From assembly GCA_038212275.1 (NCBI GenBank), contig JBBQUR010000015.1:32001-96000 (forward strand): a DNA stretch of 64,000 nt, in the 5' to 3' direction. Positions within the stretch are counted from its first letter, which is position 1. Each line of letters opens with the position of its first letter. Source of the DNA: Planctomycetota bacterium (GTDB lineage Bacteria > Planctomycetota > B15-G4). This document shows positions 38,520-47,876 of the stretch, piece by piece. The notes under the pieces are model-generated. The model was not told the DNA's origin. It worked only from the letters and a program-made list of their open reading frames with translations, and ran no database searches. Both the position numbers and the translations under genes were made by a program.

Positions 38520-39292
38520 GGCGCCTTCCAGCCGAACAGGCGCAGCTTTTCCTCGTCGCTGAACGTGCGCGCCACATCAGCCTGCAGGATGTGCGTCACC
38601 GTGCGGTCGCCGTTGGGCTCGCGCACCTCGATGCGCGTGACGGGCACGCCCTCGCCGTGCAGGCTCAGTTGCGCCATGAGCTTGTCCAGGGGCGCGCCGC
38701 GCGGGACGAGCGTGAGCGTCCAGCCCGTGGCGTCATCGGGCGACGTCTCGAACGAGACCTCGAACGACGCCTTGAGCGCAGCTTCGTCGCCCAGAAACAC
38801 CTGCACGAGCGACGTGATGAACAGGCGCACGTTGTCGCTCTGCCGCAGGTCGATGCGCTCGACGCCGTCGCGGCCCGAGAGCTGCAGCTCCGTGGGCGAG
38901 ATGCGCAGCGTGGATTCCTCCGGCGCCTCGACGAGGCGCGCCAGATATCCGGGCCGCATGAAGTACAGCCGCCCGCGGCTCTTCAGCGGCGCGGCCAGCA
39001 GAGCGAGGTGCTTCTCCTCTTCATATGCCGCCTCCAGCCCGCCCATCGTCGCGAAGCGCGCGAGCAGCTCGGAGGCATCGCGGGGGCGCCCCGCCGGTGC
39101 ACCGACGGCCGGTGCGGCCTGTGCGGCCTGTGCGGCCTGTGCGGCCGGTGCGGCCTGTGCGGCCTGTCCCGCCGGTGCGGCCTGTCCTGCCGGCCCGTCC
39201 TGCACGTGCGGCGCCGCCGGTGCGGCGAACAGCGCGCACAGCGCGAGGACTGTCGCGACCTCAGCGGGCGGGAAGGCGTTCCAGGATCGCAT
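38516..39292 (-). CDS. LolA-like lipid carrier protein
   Basis: Y.EEKHLALLAAPLKSRG.L...PG; WTLTLVP; IEVREPNGDRT; signal peptide plus Ala/Gln repeats. Confidence 0.85.
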   Translation of the reverse strand: MRSWNAFPPAEVATVLALCALFAAPAAPHVQDGPAGQAAPAGQAAQAAPAAQAAQAAQAAPAVGAPAGRPRDASELLARFATMGGLEAAYEEEKHLALLAAPLKSRGRLYFMRPGYLARLVEAPEESTLRISPTELQLSGRDGVERIDLRQSDNVRLFITSLVQVFLGDEAALKASFEVSFETSPDDATGWTLTLVPRGAPLDKLMAQLSLHGEGVPVTRIEVREPNGDRTVTHILQADVARTFSDEEKLRLFGWKAP

Positions 39293-39683
39293 CGGGAGTT
39301 CTCGGGAGGAGTCGGCCGTCGGCATCGGTCGTCGCGAGCTCGGTGACGGCGCGCGCGCACCACGTGCCGCCGCCGGACAGGCGCACATCGTAGGCCACGC
39401 GCAGCAGCGGCGACACCGCACTGAACCACGCGGTGACCGCCGCGATGTCGCCGTACCGCAGTGGCGCCATGTAGCGGCAGCTCGCCTCGGTCACGACCAT
39501 GCGGAATCCCAGCGCGGCGATATCCGGCACGTCGAGCCGGAAGCCGGCCAGCAGCGCGCAGCGCGCCACCTCCAGCAGCTCGAAGGTGCGGCCGTGCCAC
39601 ACCACGCCGAGCGGATCGCACTGGTGGAAGGCGACGCGGATCTCGGTCGTGACCGCATGCGCGGGTCGCTGGATGCCGCTCAC
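39261..39683 (-). CDS. Acyl-CoA/ACP thioesterase (4HBT-like hotdog fold)
   Basis: VAFHQCDPLGVVWHG, CRYMAPLRYGD; GTGA overlap with the upstream stop. Confidence 0.85.
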   Translation of the reverse strand: MSGIQRPAHAVTTEIRVAFHQCDPLGVVWHGRTFELLEVARCALLAGFRLDVPDIAALGFRMVVTEASCRYMAPLRYGDIAAVTAWFSAVSPLLRVAYDVRLSGGGTWCARAVTELATTDADGRLLPRTPDAILERLPAR

Positions 39684-40573
39684 GGAGAACTCCAGAAGTC
39701 GTGGAAGTTGAACCAATTGTCGGGCGCGAGGCGGGCGCAGGCCTCCAGGCGCTCCGCGTAGCGTCGCACCTGCTGCTCGAGCGCGGCAGCCCGGTTTCCG
39801 CGCGGCAGCTCGATCCGCTCCGCGAACGGCTCGCAGTGCAGCTCGTAGCGGTCGGGCGCCTGATACAGGCCGAACACCAGATAGACCGGGCAGCGCAGCA
39901 GCGACGCGAGCAGGAAGGGGCCGGCCGGAAACGATGCGGGCTGTCCGAAGAACGGCACGCGGACCGTGCGGTCGTTCAGACCCGTGCGGTCGCCGAGGAG
40001 AGCGACGAACTCGCCCGCCTCCAGCCGCCCACGCACGGACGCCATGACGCTCACCGGGTCGTCGCCCAGATGGATCACGCGCGCCGCGAGGTCCGGGTTC
40101 ATGCGCTCGAGGAAGGCGTTGATCATGCGCGCGTTCGCGAAGTGGCCCAGCACATTGATCGGCACGCCCTTGGCCGCACCGCTCGCGCGCATCGCCTCGA
40201 AGCTGCCGAGGTGCGCACCGAGGAGGATGGCGCCCCGGCCCGTCGCCCGCTGCCGGACCAGATGCTCGTTGCCGGTGCTGGAGACCGTGAGCCCCGCGGT
40301 GCGCCCCTGCAGGAAGAAGCAGCGGTCGAGCGTGACCTGCGCGAAGCAGCGGATGTGGCCGTACGTCGCGCGGAAGCCTGCCGGCCGGCCGTGCACGCGC
40401 GTCAGCCAGTCGCGCGACGCGGCCACGGAGCTGCGATCGAAGAGCCGGTACCACAGCGCGAGCACCGCGATGAAGGGTTTCATCGGTCGGCGCCCGAAGC
40501 GCGTGGCCAGCAGGATTGCGAAGCGCATGCCCGCCAGCGAGCCGCGCTCGCGCCGGTTGAGCCACGTCGTCAC
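39680..40573 (-). CDS. LpxL-like acyltransferase of aryl polyene clusters
   Basis: W..RRERGS, GAHLGSFE, LLGDR, PDNWFNFHDFW. Confidence 0.88.
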   Translation of the reverse strand: MTTWLNRRERGSLAGMRFAILLATRFGRRPMKPFIAVLALWYRLFDRSSVAASRDWLTRVHGRPAGFRATYGHIRCFAQVTLDRCFFLQGRTAGLTVSSTGNEHLVRQRATGRGAILLGAHLGSFEAMRASGAAKGVPINVLGHFANARMINAFLERMNPDLAARVIHLGDDPVSVMASVRGRLEAGEFVALLGDRTGLNDRTVRVPFFGQPASFPAGPFLLASLLRCPVYLVFGLYQAPDRYELHCEPFAERIELPRGNRAAALEQQVRRYAERLEACARLAPDNWFNFHDFWSSP

Positions 40574-41316
40574 GGCCGGATCCCGCGCGCCGTGTGCACC
40601 AGCCAGCGCCACGCGCCGGACGTGCACAGCCGCGCGTGCATCGGGAAGAAACTCAGGTTGTCGCGCACCGGGCGGAAATGCGAGACGCCGCCCTCCGCCG
40701 CGCCCGGATACCGCACCGCCACCGGCAGATTGATCACGGGCGTGCCGGCGCGCACCAGACGCACCACGACTTCGATGTCGAAGTCCATGCGGTCGCCGCG
40801 CACCCCCGCCGCGAGCGCGGCCGCCACGGGATACAGCCGGAAGCCCACCATCGCATCGGCGACGAGATCGCGGCGGCCCAGTTCCAGCGCCACCCAGAAG
40901 GCCATGAAGCGCCGCGCGGAGACGCGCATCGGCGGCGCGCTCGCGTCGTACACCGGAGCACTGAGCACCAGCGCTTCCGGCTGGCGCGCGCCGGCCTCCA
41001 GGAAGGCCGGGATGCGCGCGGTGTCGTGCTGGCCGTCGGCGTCCACCTGCATGGCGTGCGTGAAGCCGCGCGCGGCGGCCTCGCGCAGTCCGTCCTTCAC
41101 GGCAGCGCCCTTGCCGCCGTTGCGTTCGCGGCGCAGCACGGTGGCCAGCCCTTCCGCGGCGAGAGCCGCGCAGGCGGTGCGCCCGGCGAGGCCGCTGCCG
41201 TCGTCGACGACGAGCACGTCCGGCAGATGCGCGCGCACGGCCTCCACCACCGCGCGCACCGTCAGCGGGTTGTCGTACGCGGGGATCACGGCGCACGCGC
41301 GGAAGGTGTCACTCAT
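40570..41316 (-). CDS. Glycosyltransferase family 2
   Basis: VIPAYDN, VVDDGS, NGGKG.A, QVDADGQH, GFRLYP, SHFRPVRDN. Confidence 0.92.
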   Translation of the reverse strand: MSDTFRACAVIPAYDNPLTVRAVVEAVRAHLPDVLVVDDGSGLAGRTACAALAAEGLATVLRRERNGGKGAAVKDGLREAAARGFTHAMQVDADGQHDTARIPAFLEAGARQPEALVLSAPVYDASAPPMRVSARRFMAFWVALELGRRDLVADAMVGFRLYPVAAALAAGVRGDRMDFDIEVVVRLVRAGTPVINLPVAVRYPGAAEGGVSHFRPVRDNLSFFPMHARLCTSGAWRWLVHTARGIRP

Positions 41317-41828
41317 GAGCGGTCCGCGCCGGCATTCGCGCCGGAATCGTCCCCCGCCTTGCCGGCCTGGCTCGCGCCAGTGGCGGCGCCGTAGTCGAGG
41401 CGGCCGAGCGAGCATCGGGTGCCGTCGCGCACGATTTCGAAGTCGACGATCTGGCTGCCGGGCCGCCAGCGCAGGCGCACGTCGAGCGTGTCACCCGGTT
41501 CGATGCGCAGCAGGAACTTCAGGCCGGCGAGGCGCGTGGGCGCACCCGAGGCCGCGCGCACGCGGGCCACGCACGGCAACACGAGGTCCTGGAGCTGCAC
41601 GGCCGCGGACAGCACCGGCGTGCCGGGAAAGTGTCCGCGGAAACAGGCCCAGTCGCGCGGGATGCTCGTGCGAAACGCCGCCGTGCGCGCACCGTCGGCA
41701 GCGCAGCTCGCGTGGACGGCGCTGCCTGCGTCACGCACCTCCCACGCCAGCGCAGACTGCGCGTCGCCTGGCTGTGCGATGCCGGGCTGCGAGTTGCCGG
41801 GCTGGGGCTCGTCGGCGCGCGCGTCCAC
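41313..41828 (-). CDS. FabZ-like (ApeI-type) dehydratase
   Basis: FRGHFPGTPVL and LKF...I.PGD motifs. Confidence 0.8.
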   Translation of the reverse strand: MDARADEPQPGNSQPGIAQPGDAQSALAWEVRDAGSAVHASCAADGARTAAFRTSIPRDWACFRGHFPGTPVLSAAVQLQDLVLPCVARVRAASGAPTRLAGLKFLLRIEPGDTLDVRLRWRPGSQIVDFEIVRDGTRCSLGRLDYGAATGASQAGKAGDDSGANAGADRS

Positions 41829-41829
41829 C

Positions 41830-42444
41830 TCAGGGCGTCCGGGCTGCGCGGCGCGACCGGCCGAAGCGTCGCCGGCGGCCGAGCCACTCGGCGGTGAAGA
41901 GCAGGCCCATGAGCACGTAAGCGAGCAGTCCGGTGTAGAGCGTCCACCACGAGAGCGACGCGGCCAGCGCGAGCACGAGCGCGGTGGCGCCGTTGAGCAG
42001 GAAGAAGGCGCACCACACCACGGTCCACGCGCGGCACCAGCGCATCTTGGGCGGCGACAGGCCTGGATCGGCGAGGCGCGCGAAGCGCTCGATCATCGGC
42101 ACGCTGCCGCGCCGCAGCGTGCTGCCGAACGTGGCCAGCAGCAGCACGTTGACCGCGACGGGGACGACGAGCAGCAACCCGCGTGCGTCCAGCACGGCGC
42201 CGAGCACGAGCGCCGCGACCGTGACCAGCGGGATGAGCGCCAGCCCGCGCAGTGCGCCGGCGCCGCCGTGCTGCATGCGCACGGCCGCCACCGGCAGCAG
42301 CACGCACAGCAGACCCAGCGCCACGGTGCGCGAGCTCCAGCGCGTCATGCCGAGATACACGAGCATCGGGTACGCGATCATGAGCACGCCAGCCAGCACG
42401 TTCCACGCCACGGCCGGCCCGCGGCGCGGCGGCGGCGGCGGCAC
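41830..42444 (-). CDS. Aryl polyene cluster membrane protein (COG4648-like)
   Basis: AYP.LVY, F..TL..G.PMIERFA, T.VWC.FF.LNG, WTLYTG...Y.LMG..F..EW. Confidence 0.85.
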   Translation of the reverse strand: MPPPPPRRGPAVAWNVLAGVLMIAYPMLVYLGMTRWSSRTVALGLLCVLLPVAAVRMQHGGAGALRGLALIPLVTVAALVLGAVLDARGLLLVVPVAVNVLLLATFGSTLRRGSVPMIERFARLADPGLSPPKMRWCRAWTVVWCAFFLLNGATALVLALAASLSWWTLYTGLLAYVLMGLLFTAEWLGRRRRFGRSRRAARTP

Positions 42445-42457
42445 GGCCGATCCGGCG

Positions 42458-42745
42458 TCAGGCGCCAGGAGCTTCTGCCTTGGGCTTGGCCTGTTCGACC
42501 TGGATGAACTCGGCCAGCGACTTCACGGAGTGATAGTGCGCGCGGTTGTCCGGGTCGTCCTCGCGGGTGCGCACGCCAAACTCGGCATGGATCGCGAGCG
42601 CCAGCTCGAGGGCGTCGATCGAGTCGAGCCCGAGCCCATCGCCGAACAGCGGCGCGTCGGTCTCGATGGTCTTCGGATCCACGTCCTCGAGCGCCAGCGT
42701 CTCGACAATGAGCATCTTGATCCGGTCCTCGAGCTGCTCGGTCAT
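42458..42745 (-). CDS. Acyl carrier protein
   Basis: APLFGDGLGLDSIDALEL phosphopantetheine site. Confidence 0.93.
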   Translation of the reverse strand: MTEQLEDRIKMLIVETLALEDVDPKTIETDAPLFGDGLGLDSIDALELALAIHAEFGVRTREDDPDNRAHYHSVKSLAEFIQVEQAKPKAEAPGA

Positions 42746-43692
42746 TGCGGGTCCTTGTCGGCCACGGCATGCCGGGGCACTGATTCGGGGCAGTCGGGCG
42801 CACCATCCATCCAGCGCCCGAAGCGGGCTTCCACGCACTTCCGCAGTGCCCTGCTGTCGAAGTTTACGCCCGCCGGTTCATCGGTCGCAAGCAGGTGGAG
42901 GCGGACGCGCGGCGTGGGTTGCGGCGGATCGAAGAGCCTGCGCTCCTTGGTCAGCCAGGGCGGGTCGCAGCGCACGCCGATCGACACGACCGGCACGCGC
43001 GCGCGGCACGCGATCTCGAACGCCGTGCGCCCGAACGGCAGCAGCCCGGACGGCGGCGAGCGCGTGCCCTCGGGAAAGATGATCACCGGCAGACCGTGCC
43101 GCAGCCGCTCCACCGCGGCGTTCACGACGCGGCCGGTGTCGAGCGGATCGGCGCCGCTACCCTCGATATGCCACGCCCCCAGCATGATCGCGCGCAGCAG
43201 GCGGAGCCGGTACAGTTCGGGCTTCACGACCGTGCAGCCGCCGCCGAGCGCCGCCGTGATGCTCGAGATGTCCACGCGCGTCGGGTGGTTGGCCACCACG
43301 ACGCACGGGCCGGCCGGGATCGCCGGCAGCGCCCCCCGGGCGTCAAAGTCCAGAATGCCCAGCACACGCAGCACGTCGTGCATGAAGCGGAATCCGCGCC
43401 CGGTGGCGCGCTGGACGCGCCGCGCGCGGCGCACCGGGTCCCGCGGCCCGAGTGCGGACAGCAGCCAGAAGGAGCCGACGGCCAGCGGCGCGGCAAGCGA
43501 CCAGACCGCGAACGTCAGCGTGATCCGGAGCAGGCGCGCCCGGCGCCGCGCGATGTCGCCGAAACGGGGAGCCGGCTCCGTGTCCGTCGTGCCGGTCGTG
43601 CGCAGGTGAGTGATGACTGGCCTCGTGGAAGTCGCGGCAGAGGGATTCGGCGCACGCCGCAGGATTATAGTGGAGCCGCTTCGGTGGCCCAC
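42742..43692 (-). CDS. Lysophospholipid (PlsC-like) acyltransferase; true start uncertain and probably further downstream
   Basis: VVANHPTRVD and IFPEGTRS motifs. Confidence 0.85.
   Translation of the reverse strand: MGHRSGSTIILRRAPNPSAATSTRPVITHLRTTGTTDTEPAPRFGDIARRRARLLRITLTFAVWSLAAPLAVGSFWLLSALGPRDPVRRARRVQRATGRGFRFMHDVLRVLGILDFDARGALPAIPAGPCVVVANHPTRVDISSITAALGGGCTVVKPELYRLRLLRAIMLGAWHIEGSGADPLDTGRVVNAAVERLRHGLPVIIFPEGTRSPPSGLLPFGRTAFEIACRARVPVVSIGVRCDPPWLTKERRLFDPPQPTPRVRLHLLATDEPAGVNFDSRALRKCVEARFGRWMDGAPDCPESVPRHAVADKDPQ
43661..43672. promoter_or_regulatory. Candidate overlapping bidirectional -10 elements (TATAAT on the minus strand, TATAGT on the plus strand)
   Basis: aggattatagtg is a rare AT-rich patch at the divergence point of the PKS cluster. 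Confidence 0.45.
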
Positions 43693-43718
43693 GGGCCACG
43701 CGCCCCCGGGAGACGGAC

Positions 43719-45497
43719 ATGCACGCGGATCTGCCGGCCCCCTTGCGCGATGCGTCGCACGACGCGGCGAGCGACGTGGTCATCTGCGGCGGCGGCCTCG
43801 CCGGCCTGCTGCTCGGCCGGCACCTGCGGCGCGACTTCCCGCAGCTTTCCGTCACCATCCTGGAGCGCACGCGGCGCCCGCTTCCCGACGCGAGCCACAA
43901 GGTCGGCGAGTCCTCCGTGGAGCTGGGCTCGCAGTACCTCGAGCGTCTCGGGCTGCGCGAGTACCTGCTCGAGCGCCACCTGGTGAAGTTCGGGCTGCGC
44001 TTCTTCCCGGGCGGCGGGCACCTGCCGCTCGCGCAGCGCTGCGAAATCGGCCCGTTCGCCGAGCCCATCGTGCGCTCGTACCAGCTCGACCGCGGGCGGC
44101 TCGAGGACGACCTGCGCGGCTTCGTCGAGGCCGACGGCGTCACGCTGATCGAGGGCGCGCGCGTGCAGGAGATCACGCTGGGCAGCGGCGGCGCGCGGCA
44201 CCTGGTGCGCTTTGAGATCGACGACGCGGCGCGCACGCTCTCCGCGCGCTGGGTCGTGGACGCCGCCGGGCGCAGCGCGCTCCTGCGCCGGCAGCTCAAG
44301 CTCACGCGCAGCTCGCCGCACGCCGCGAGCGCGGCCTGGTTCCGCGTGCGCGGCCGGCTCGACATCAACTCGCTCGTGCCGGCGAGCGAGACCGCGTGGC
44401 ACGCCCGCCCCTTCGCCGCCGACCGCTGGCGCTCGACCAACCACCTCATGGGCCGCGGCTACTGGGCCTGGATCATCCCGCTGTCGACGGGGAACACGAG
44501 CATCGGCATCGTCACGCACGACTCGGTGCACGACTTCCACGAGATCTCGGCGCTCGATCGCGCGCGCGACTTCCTCGCGCGCCACGAGCCGGTGCTCGCC
44601 GACGCACTCGCCGGCGCGGACGTCATGGACTTCCTCTGCCTCAAGGGCTACAGCAACTCGATCTCGCGCTGCTGGTCTCCGGACCGCTGGGCGATCGTCG
44701 GCGAGGCGGGCGCGTTCGTCGACCCGCTCTACAGCCCGGGCACGGACTTCATCGCCTTCGCCAACTGCTTCACCGCCGAGATGATCCGCGTGGACCTCGC
44801 GGGCGGCGACCTGGCCGCCAAGGCGACGCAGCTCAACACGCAGTACCGCGCGAGCGTCGGCGGCACGATCGACCTGTTCCGCCAGGCCGCGCCGGTCTAC
44901 GCCCACGCCCGGGCGATGGCCGCGAAGATCTACTGGGACAACTTCGTGTACTGGGGCTTTTCCTGCCAGTACTTCCAGCAGGACGTCTACCGCCTCGACG
45001 CGGCGGGGCACGCTCCGTTCGCGGAGGTCGGCAGCCGCTTCCTCGAATGGACCAATCGCATCCAGGCGCTGCTGACCGGCTGGGCCGAGCTGCAGCCGCT
45101 CGCGCCCGAGCCGATCTTCCGACCGATGCCCGCCTTCCCGTCGATGCTCGTGGACGCGCACATCGCGGTGGCGCGCCGCATGTCGCACGCCGAGGCGCTG
45201 ACCTACGTCCGCGCGCGCGTCGACGAGGGCGTCGAGATGGCGGGCGAGCTGCTGCTGCGTGTGGTGCAGGAACTCGGCCCCGAGCTGGGCCGCGAATTGA
45301 ACGAGCGCATCCACTTTGACGCATGGCCGCTCGAACTGACGCGCAGGCGGCTCGAGGCCGAGGCGCTCGACAGCCGCACGCGCCGCCGGAGCCTGTCGGC
45401 CGTCGGGCGCGACGTCGCTCGCTGCCTCGGCGTCGTCCACCGCCACGCGGACGCGGAAGCAGCGCGCGACCTTCTCGCCGCGCGGCTGCCGGCTTGA
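43719..45497 (+). CDS. Flavin-dependent halogenase-family protein (long form)
   Basis: GGGLAG, KVGES, HLVKFGLRF (candidate catalytic Lys), YQLDRG, YWAWIIP (WxWxIP), GEAGAFVDPLYSPG. Confidence 0.82.
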   Translation: MHADLPAPLRDASHDAASDVVICGGGLAGLLLGRHLRRDFPQLSVTILERTRRPLPDASHKVGESSVELGSQYLERLGLREYLLERHLVKFGLRFFPGGGHLPLAQRCEIGPFAEPIVRSYQLDRGRLEDDLRGFVEADGVTLIEGARVQEITLGSGGARHLVRFEIDDAARTLSARWVVDAAGRSALLRRQLKLTRSSPHAASAAWFRVRGRLDINSLVPASETAWHARPFAADRWRSTNHLMGRGYWAWIIPLSTGNTSIGIVTHDSVHDFHEISALDRARDFLARHEPVLADALAGADVMDFLCLKGYSNSISRCWSPDRWAIVGEAGAFVDPLYSPGTDFIAFANCFTAEMIRVDLAGGDLAAKATQLNTQYRASVGGTIDLFRQAAPVYAHARAMAAKIYWDNFVYWGFSCQYFQQDVYRLDAAGHAPFAEVGSRFLEWTNRIQALLTGWAELQPLAPEPIFRPMPAFPSMLVDAHIAVARRMSHAEALTYVRARVDEGVEMAGELLLRVVQELGPELGRELNERIHFDAWPLELTRRRLEAEALDSRTRRRSLSAVGRDVARCLGVVHRHADAEAARDLLAARLPA

Positions 45498-46543
45498 GCG
45501 GCGCGCCACTCGACAACGCCGCGGCCGACACTGACTCGGCTGGCCGGCTGCTCGAGATCCTGGCCGGCAAGTGCCGCGCCCAGGCGGTGTCCACGGCGGC
45601 CGCGCTCGGTCTCGCGGACCGCCTCGCTGCCGGCCCGCGCACGGCCACCGCGCTGGCCGCCGAACTGGATTGCGACGCCGTGGCGCTTGGCCGCCTGCTT
45701 GCGGTGCTCGCCGACCTCGGCGTGTGCGAGGAATCGCCGGCCAGCGGCTTCACGCTCACGCCGCTCGGGCAGCAGCTCCGCGGCGACGCGCTCGGGCCGT
45801 TGGCCGCCTTCCTCGGCGCGCCGGAGCAATGGGACCCCTGGTCGCGACTGCGCGACGCGCTGCGCACCGGCGGCGGCATCGCCTTCGAGCGCACCTTCGG
45901 CAAGCCGCTCTACGCCTTCCTCGCAGCCGACGACGACGCCGCACGACGCTACGACGCGGCGATCGACGCCTTCACGCGACACGAGATGGCCGCCCTTCGC
46001 CCTCACATCGACCTCGCCGGCCTCGGCACCCTGGTGGACGTCGGCGGCGGCCGCGGCACGCTGCTCTGCGCGCTGCTCGATCAGTGGCCGGGCCTGCGCG
46101 GCGTGCTCTTCGACCTGCCTCACGTCATCGCGCGCAGCGGCCCGCACTGCGCCTCCCGCCACGGCCCGCGCATCGACGCCGTCGCCGGCAGCTTTCTGGA
46201 GCGCGTGCCGGCCGGCGGCGACGCCTACCTCCTGCAGCGCGTGCTGCACAACTGGGACGACGACGACGCACGCACCATCCTGCAGCACTGCGCCGCGGCG
46301 CTGGCCCCCGGCGGTCGCGTGCTCGTCATCGAGGGCCTGCTCGCACCGGGCGCCGCCGTCTCAGCCACGCGCTGCCTCGATCTCGACATGCTCGTGCTCA
46401 CCAACGGGCGCCAGCGTCGCAAGCCCGAGTTCCGGCGCCTGTTCCGCGAGGCCGGCCTCACGCTCGAGCGCACCGTCCGACTCACCAGCTCGAGCTACCT
46501 GCTGGTCGGCTCGCCGCGCGCCGGTGGATCGCGCGCGGGCTGA
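45494..46543 (+). CDS. SAM-dependent O-methyltransferase (Methyltransf_2, with dimerisation domain)
   Basis: VDVGGGRG, FDLPHV, GSF, VLHNW.D; TTG start overlaps the halogenase stop. Confidence 0.9.
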   Translation: MSGAPLDNAAADTDSAGRLLEILAGKCRAQAVSTAAALGLADRLAAGPRTATALAAELDCDAVALGRLLAVLADLGVCEESPASGFTLTPLGQQLRGDALGPLAAFLGAPEQWDPWSRLRDALRTGGGIAFERTFGKPLYAFLAADDDAARRYDAAIDAFTRHEMAALRPHIDLAGLGTLVDVGGGRGTLLCALLDQWPGLRGVLFDLPHVIARSGPHCASRHGPRIDAVAGSFLERVPAGGDAYLLQRVLHNWDDDDARTILQHCAAALAPGGRVLVIEGLLAPGAAVSATRCLDLDMLVLTNGRQRRKPEFRRLFREAGLTLERTVRLTSSSYLLVGSPRAGGSRAG

Positions 46544-47001
46544 GCGAGCGCCTGCTGATCGAGAACAGGCTGATCGAGAACAGGCCCGCCGTGGAACAGA
46601 GTCATCATGGCGCGTGACACGACGCGCCCCCCGAGCTCGGCCTCGGTCTCGAACAGGCTGATGCTCTTCGTGCCGCGGACGCGCCGCGCGCGCAGCAGCA
46701 GCTCGGCCCCCACCGGCACCACGTCGCAATCGACGCTCATCGAACGGCACGCGATGACCATGCCGGCACGCACGCTCTCGCCCACCGAGCTCGCCTCGCA
46801 GCCCAGGCACGCGGCCACCGCCTGCGCCATGAACTCGAACAGGCACACGCCGGCCACATGCCCGTCGCGCACGAAGGGATGGTCGGCGCGCAGCAGCATG
46901 CGCGCGGTGCAGCGGCCCGGCTCCCAGTCCAGCAGGCTCTCGAGCACGAGCATCGGCGCGGCGTGCGGCAACAGGTCGGCGACGGGCGGCAGGCCGCTCA
47001 C
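46495..47001 (-). CDS. Hotdog-fold 3-hydroxyacyl-ACP dehydratase (ApeP-like)
   Basis: LLPHAAPM, EFMAQAVAA motifs. Confidence 0.82.
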   Translation of the reverse strand: MSGLPPVADLLPHAAPMLVLESLLDWEPGRCTARMLLRADHPFVRDGHVAGVCLFEFMAQAVAACLGCEASSVGESVRAGMVIACRSMSVDCDVVPVGAELLLRARRVRGTKSISLFETEAELGGRVVSRAMMTLFHGGPVLDQPVLDQQALAQPARDPPARGEPTSR

Positions 47002-47876
47002 GATGCCTCCGGTTCCGACAACTCGGCGCACCAGCCGGCGCCGGCGCCACGATCGAGGCGCACGCTCCCGCGCCGCCCGGCGAGCAGCGCGTCGATGAGG
47101 TCGACGAGGCCAGCCTGCGGATGGCGCGCGAGCCGCGGCGTGTCGGCCGCGGGCTGCAGGTCCGGCGCGCCGCCGAGCACGACGCGCAACCCGGCCAGCC
47201 GCGGGCCGGGATGCCACGCGGGCGCGAGCACGACAGCGGCCGCGAGCAGGTCGAAGCGCAGTGCTTCCGGCACGAGATGCTCGGGCGCGACCTCGTCTCC
47301 GCATGCGACGAGCACCGGCTCGCCGCGCGCCGCAACGAGCCCGGCGGCCTCGAGCAGCGCCGCGGCCGGCGTGTCGAAGTCGGCCGCGAGCGACGTGGTG
47401 AAGCCGCGGTTGCCGTTCGAGATGGACAGCAGCCCCGACGCCGCGTTGTGCACGCTCACGGTGAACGCCGCCGGGGACATCGGCGTGTGCAGACGCCACA
47501 TCTGCTCGAGCAGACCGATCATGGTGGCCGCCTCGCCGAGCGACGAGCCGACCACCGTGGGCACGCGCGCCGGGTCGACACCCGCCGCCGCCATCGCCTC
47601 CGCCGCGGCATCGGACAGCGCGCGGCCAAGCAGGCTTGCGCGTCGACGGTTCACGCGATCGAACGCCAGCCCGCGCGGCTTCTCCGCCGCCGGGTCCTGC
47701 ATGCGCGAAGCCCACGCCGCCGCGTTCGGGAACCCCGGCATCCACAGCCCGACGCCCGCGACGACCAGCGCCGCCGACGACACCGCGCCACCCTCATCGT
47801 GCGCGCCGGCCTCGCCTGGCGCGGTACGCGCGAGGCTCGCGTCGTGTGCGCCGCCGTCATCGTGCGCGCCGTTCAT
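46998..47876 (-). CDS. Ketosynthase chain-length factor (ApeC-like)
   Basis: RRRAS, SPAAFTVSVHNA..G; no catalytic Cys/His. Confidence 0.85.
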   Translation of the reverse strand: MNGAHDDGGAHDASLARTAPGEAGAHDEGGAVSSAALVVAGVGLWMPGFPNAAAWASRMQDPAAEKPRGLAFDRVNRRRASLLGRALSDAAAEAMAAAGVDPARVPTVVGSSLGEAATMIGLLEQMWRLHTPMSPAAFTVSVHNAASGLLSISNGNRGFTTSLAADFDTPAAALLEAAGLVAARGEPVLVACGDEVAPEHLVPEALRFDLLAAAVVLAPAWHPGPRLAGLRVVLGGAPDLQPAADTPRLARHPQAGLVDLIDALLAGRRGSVRLDRGAGAGWCAELSEPEAS

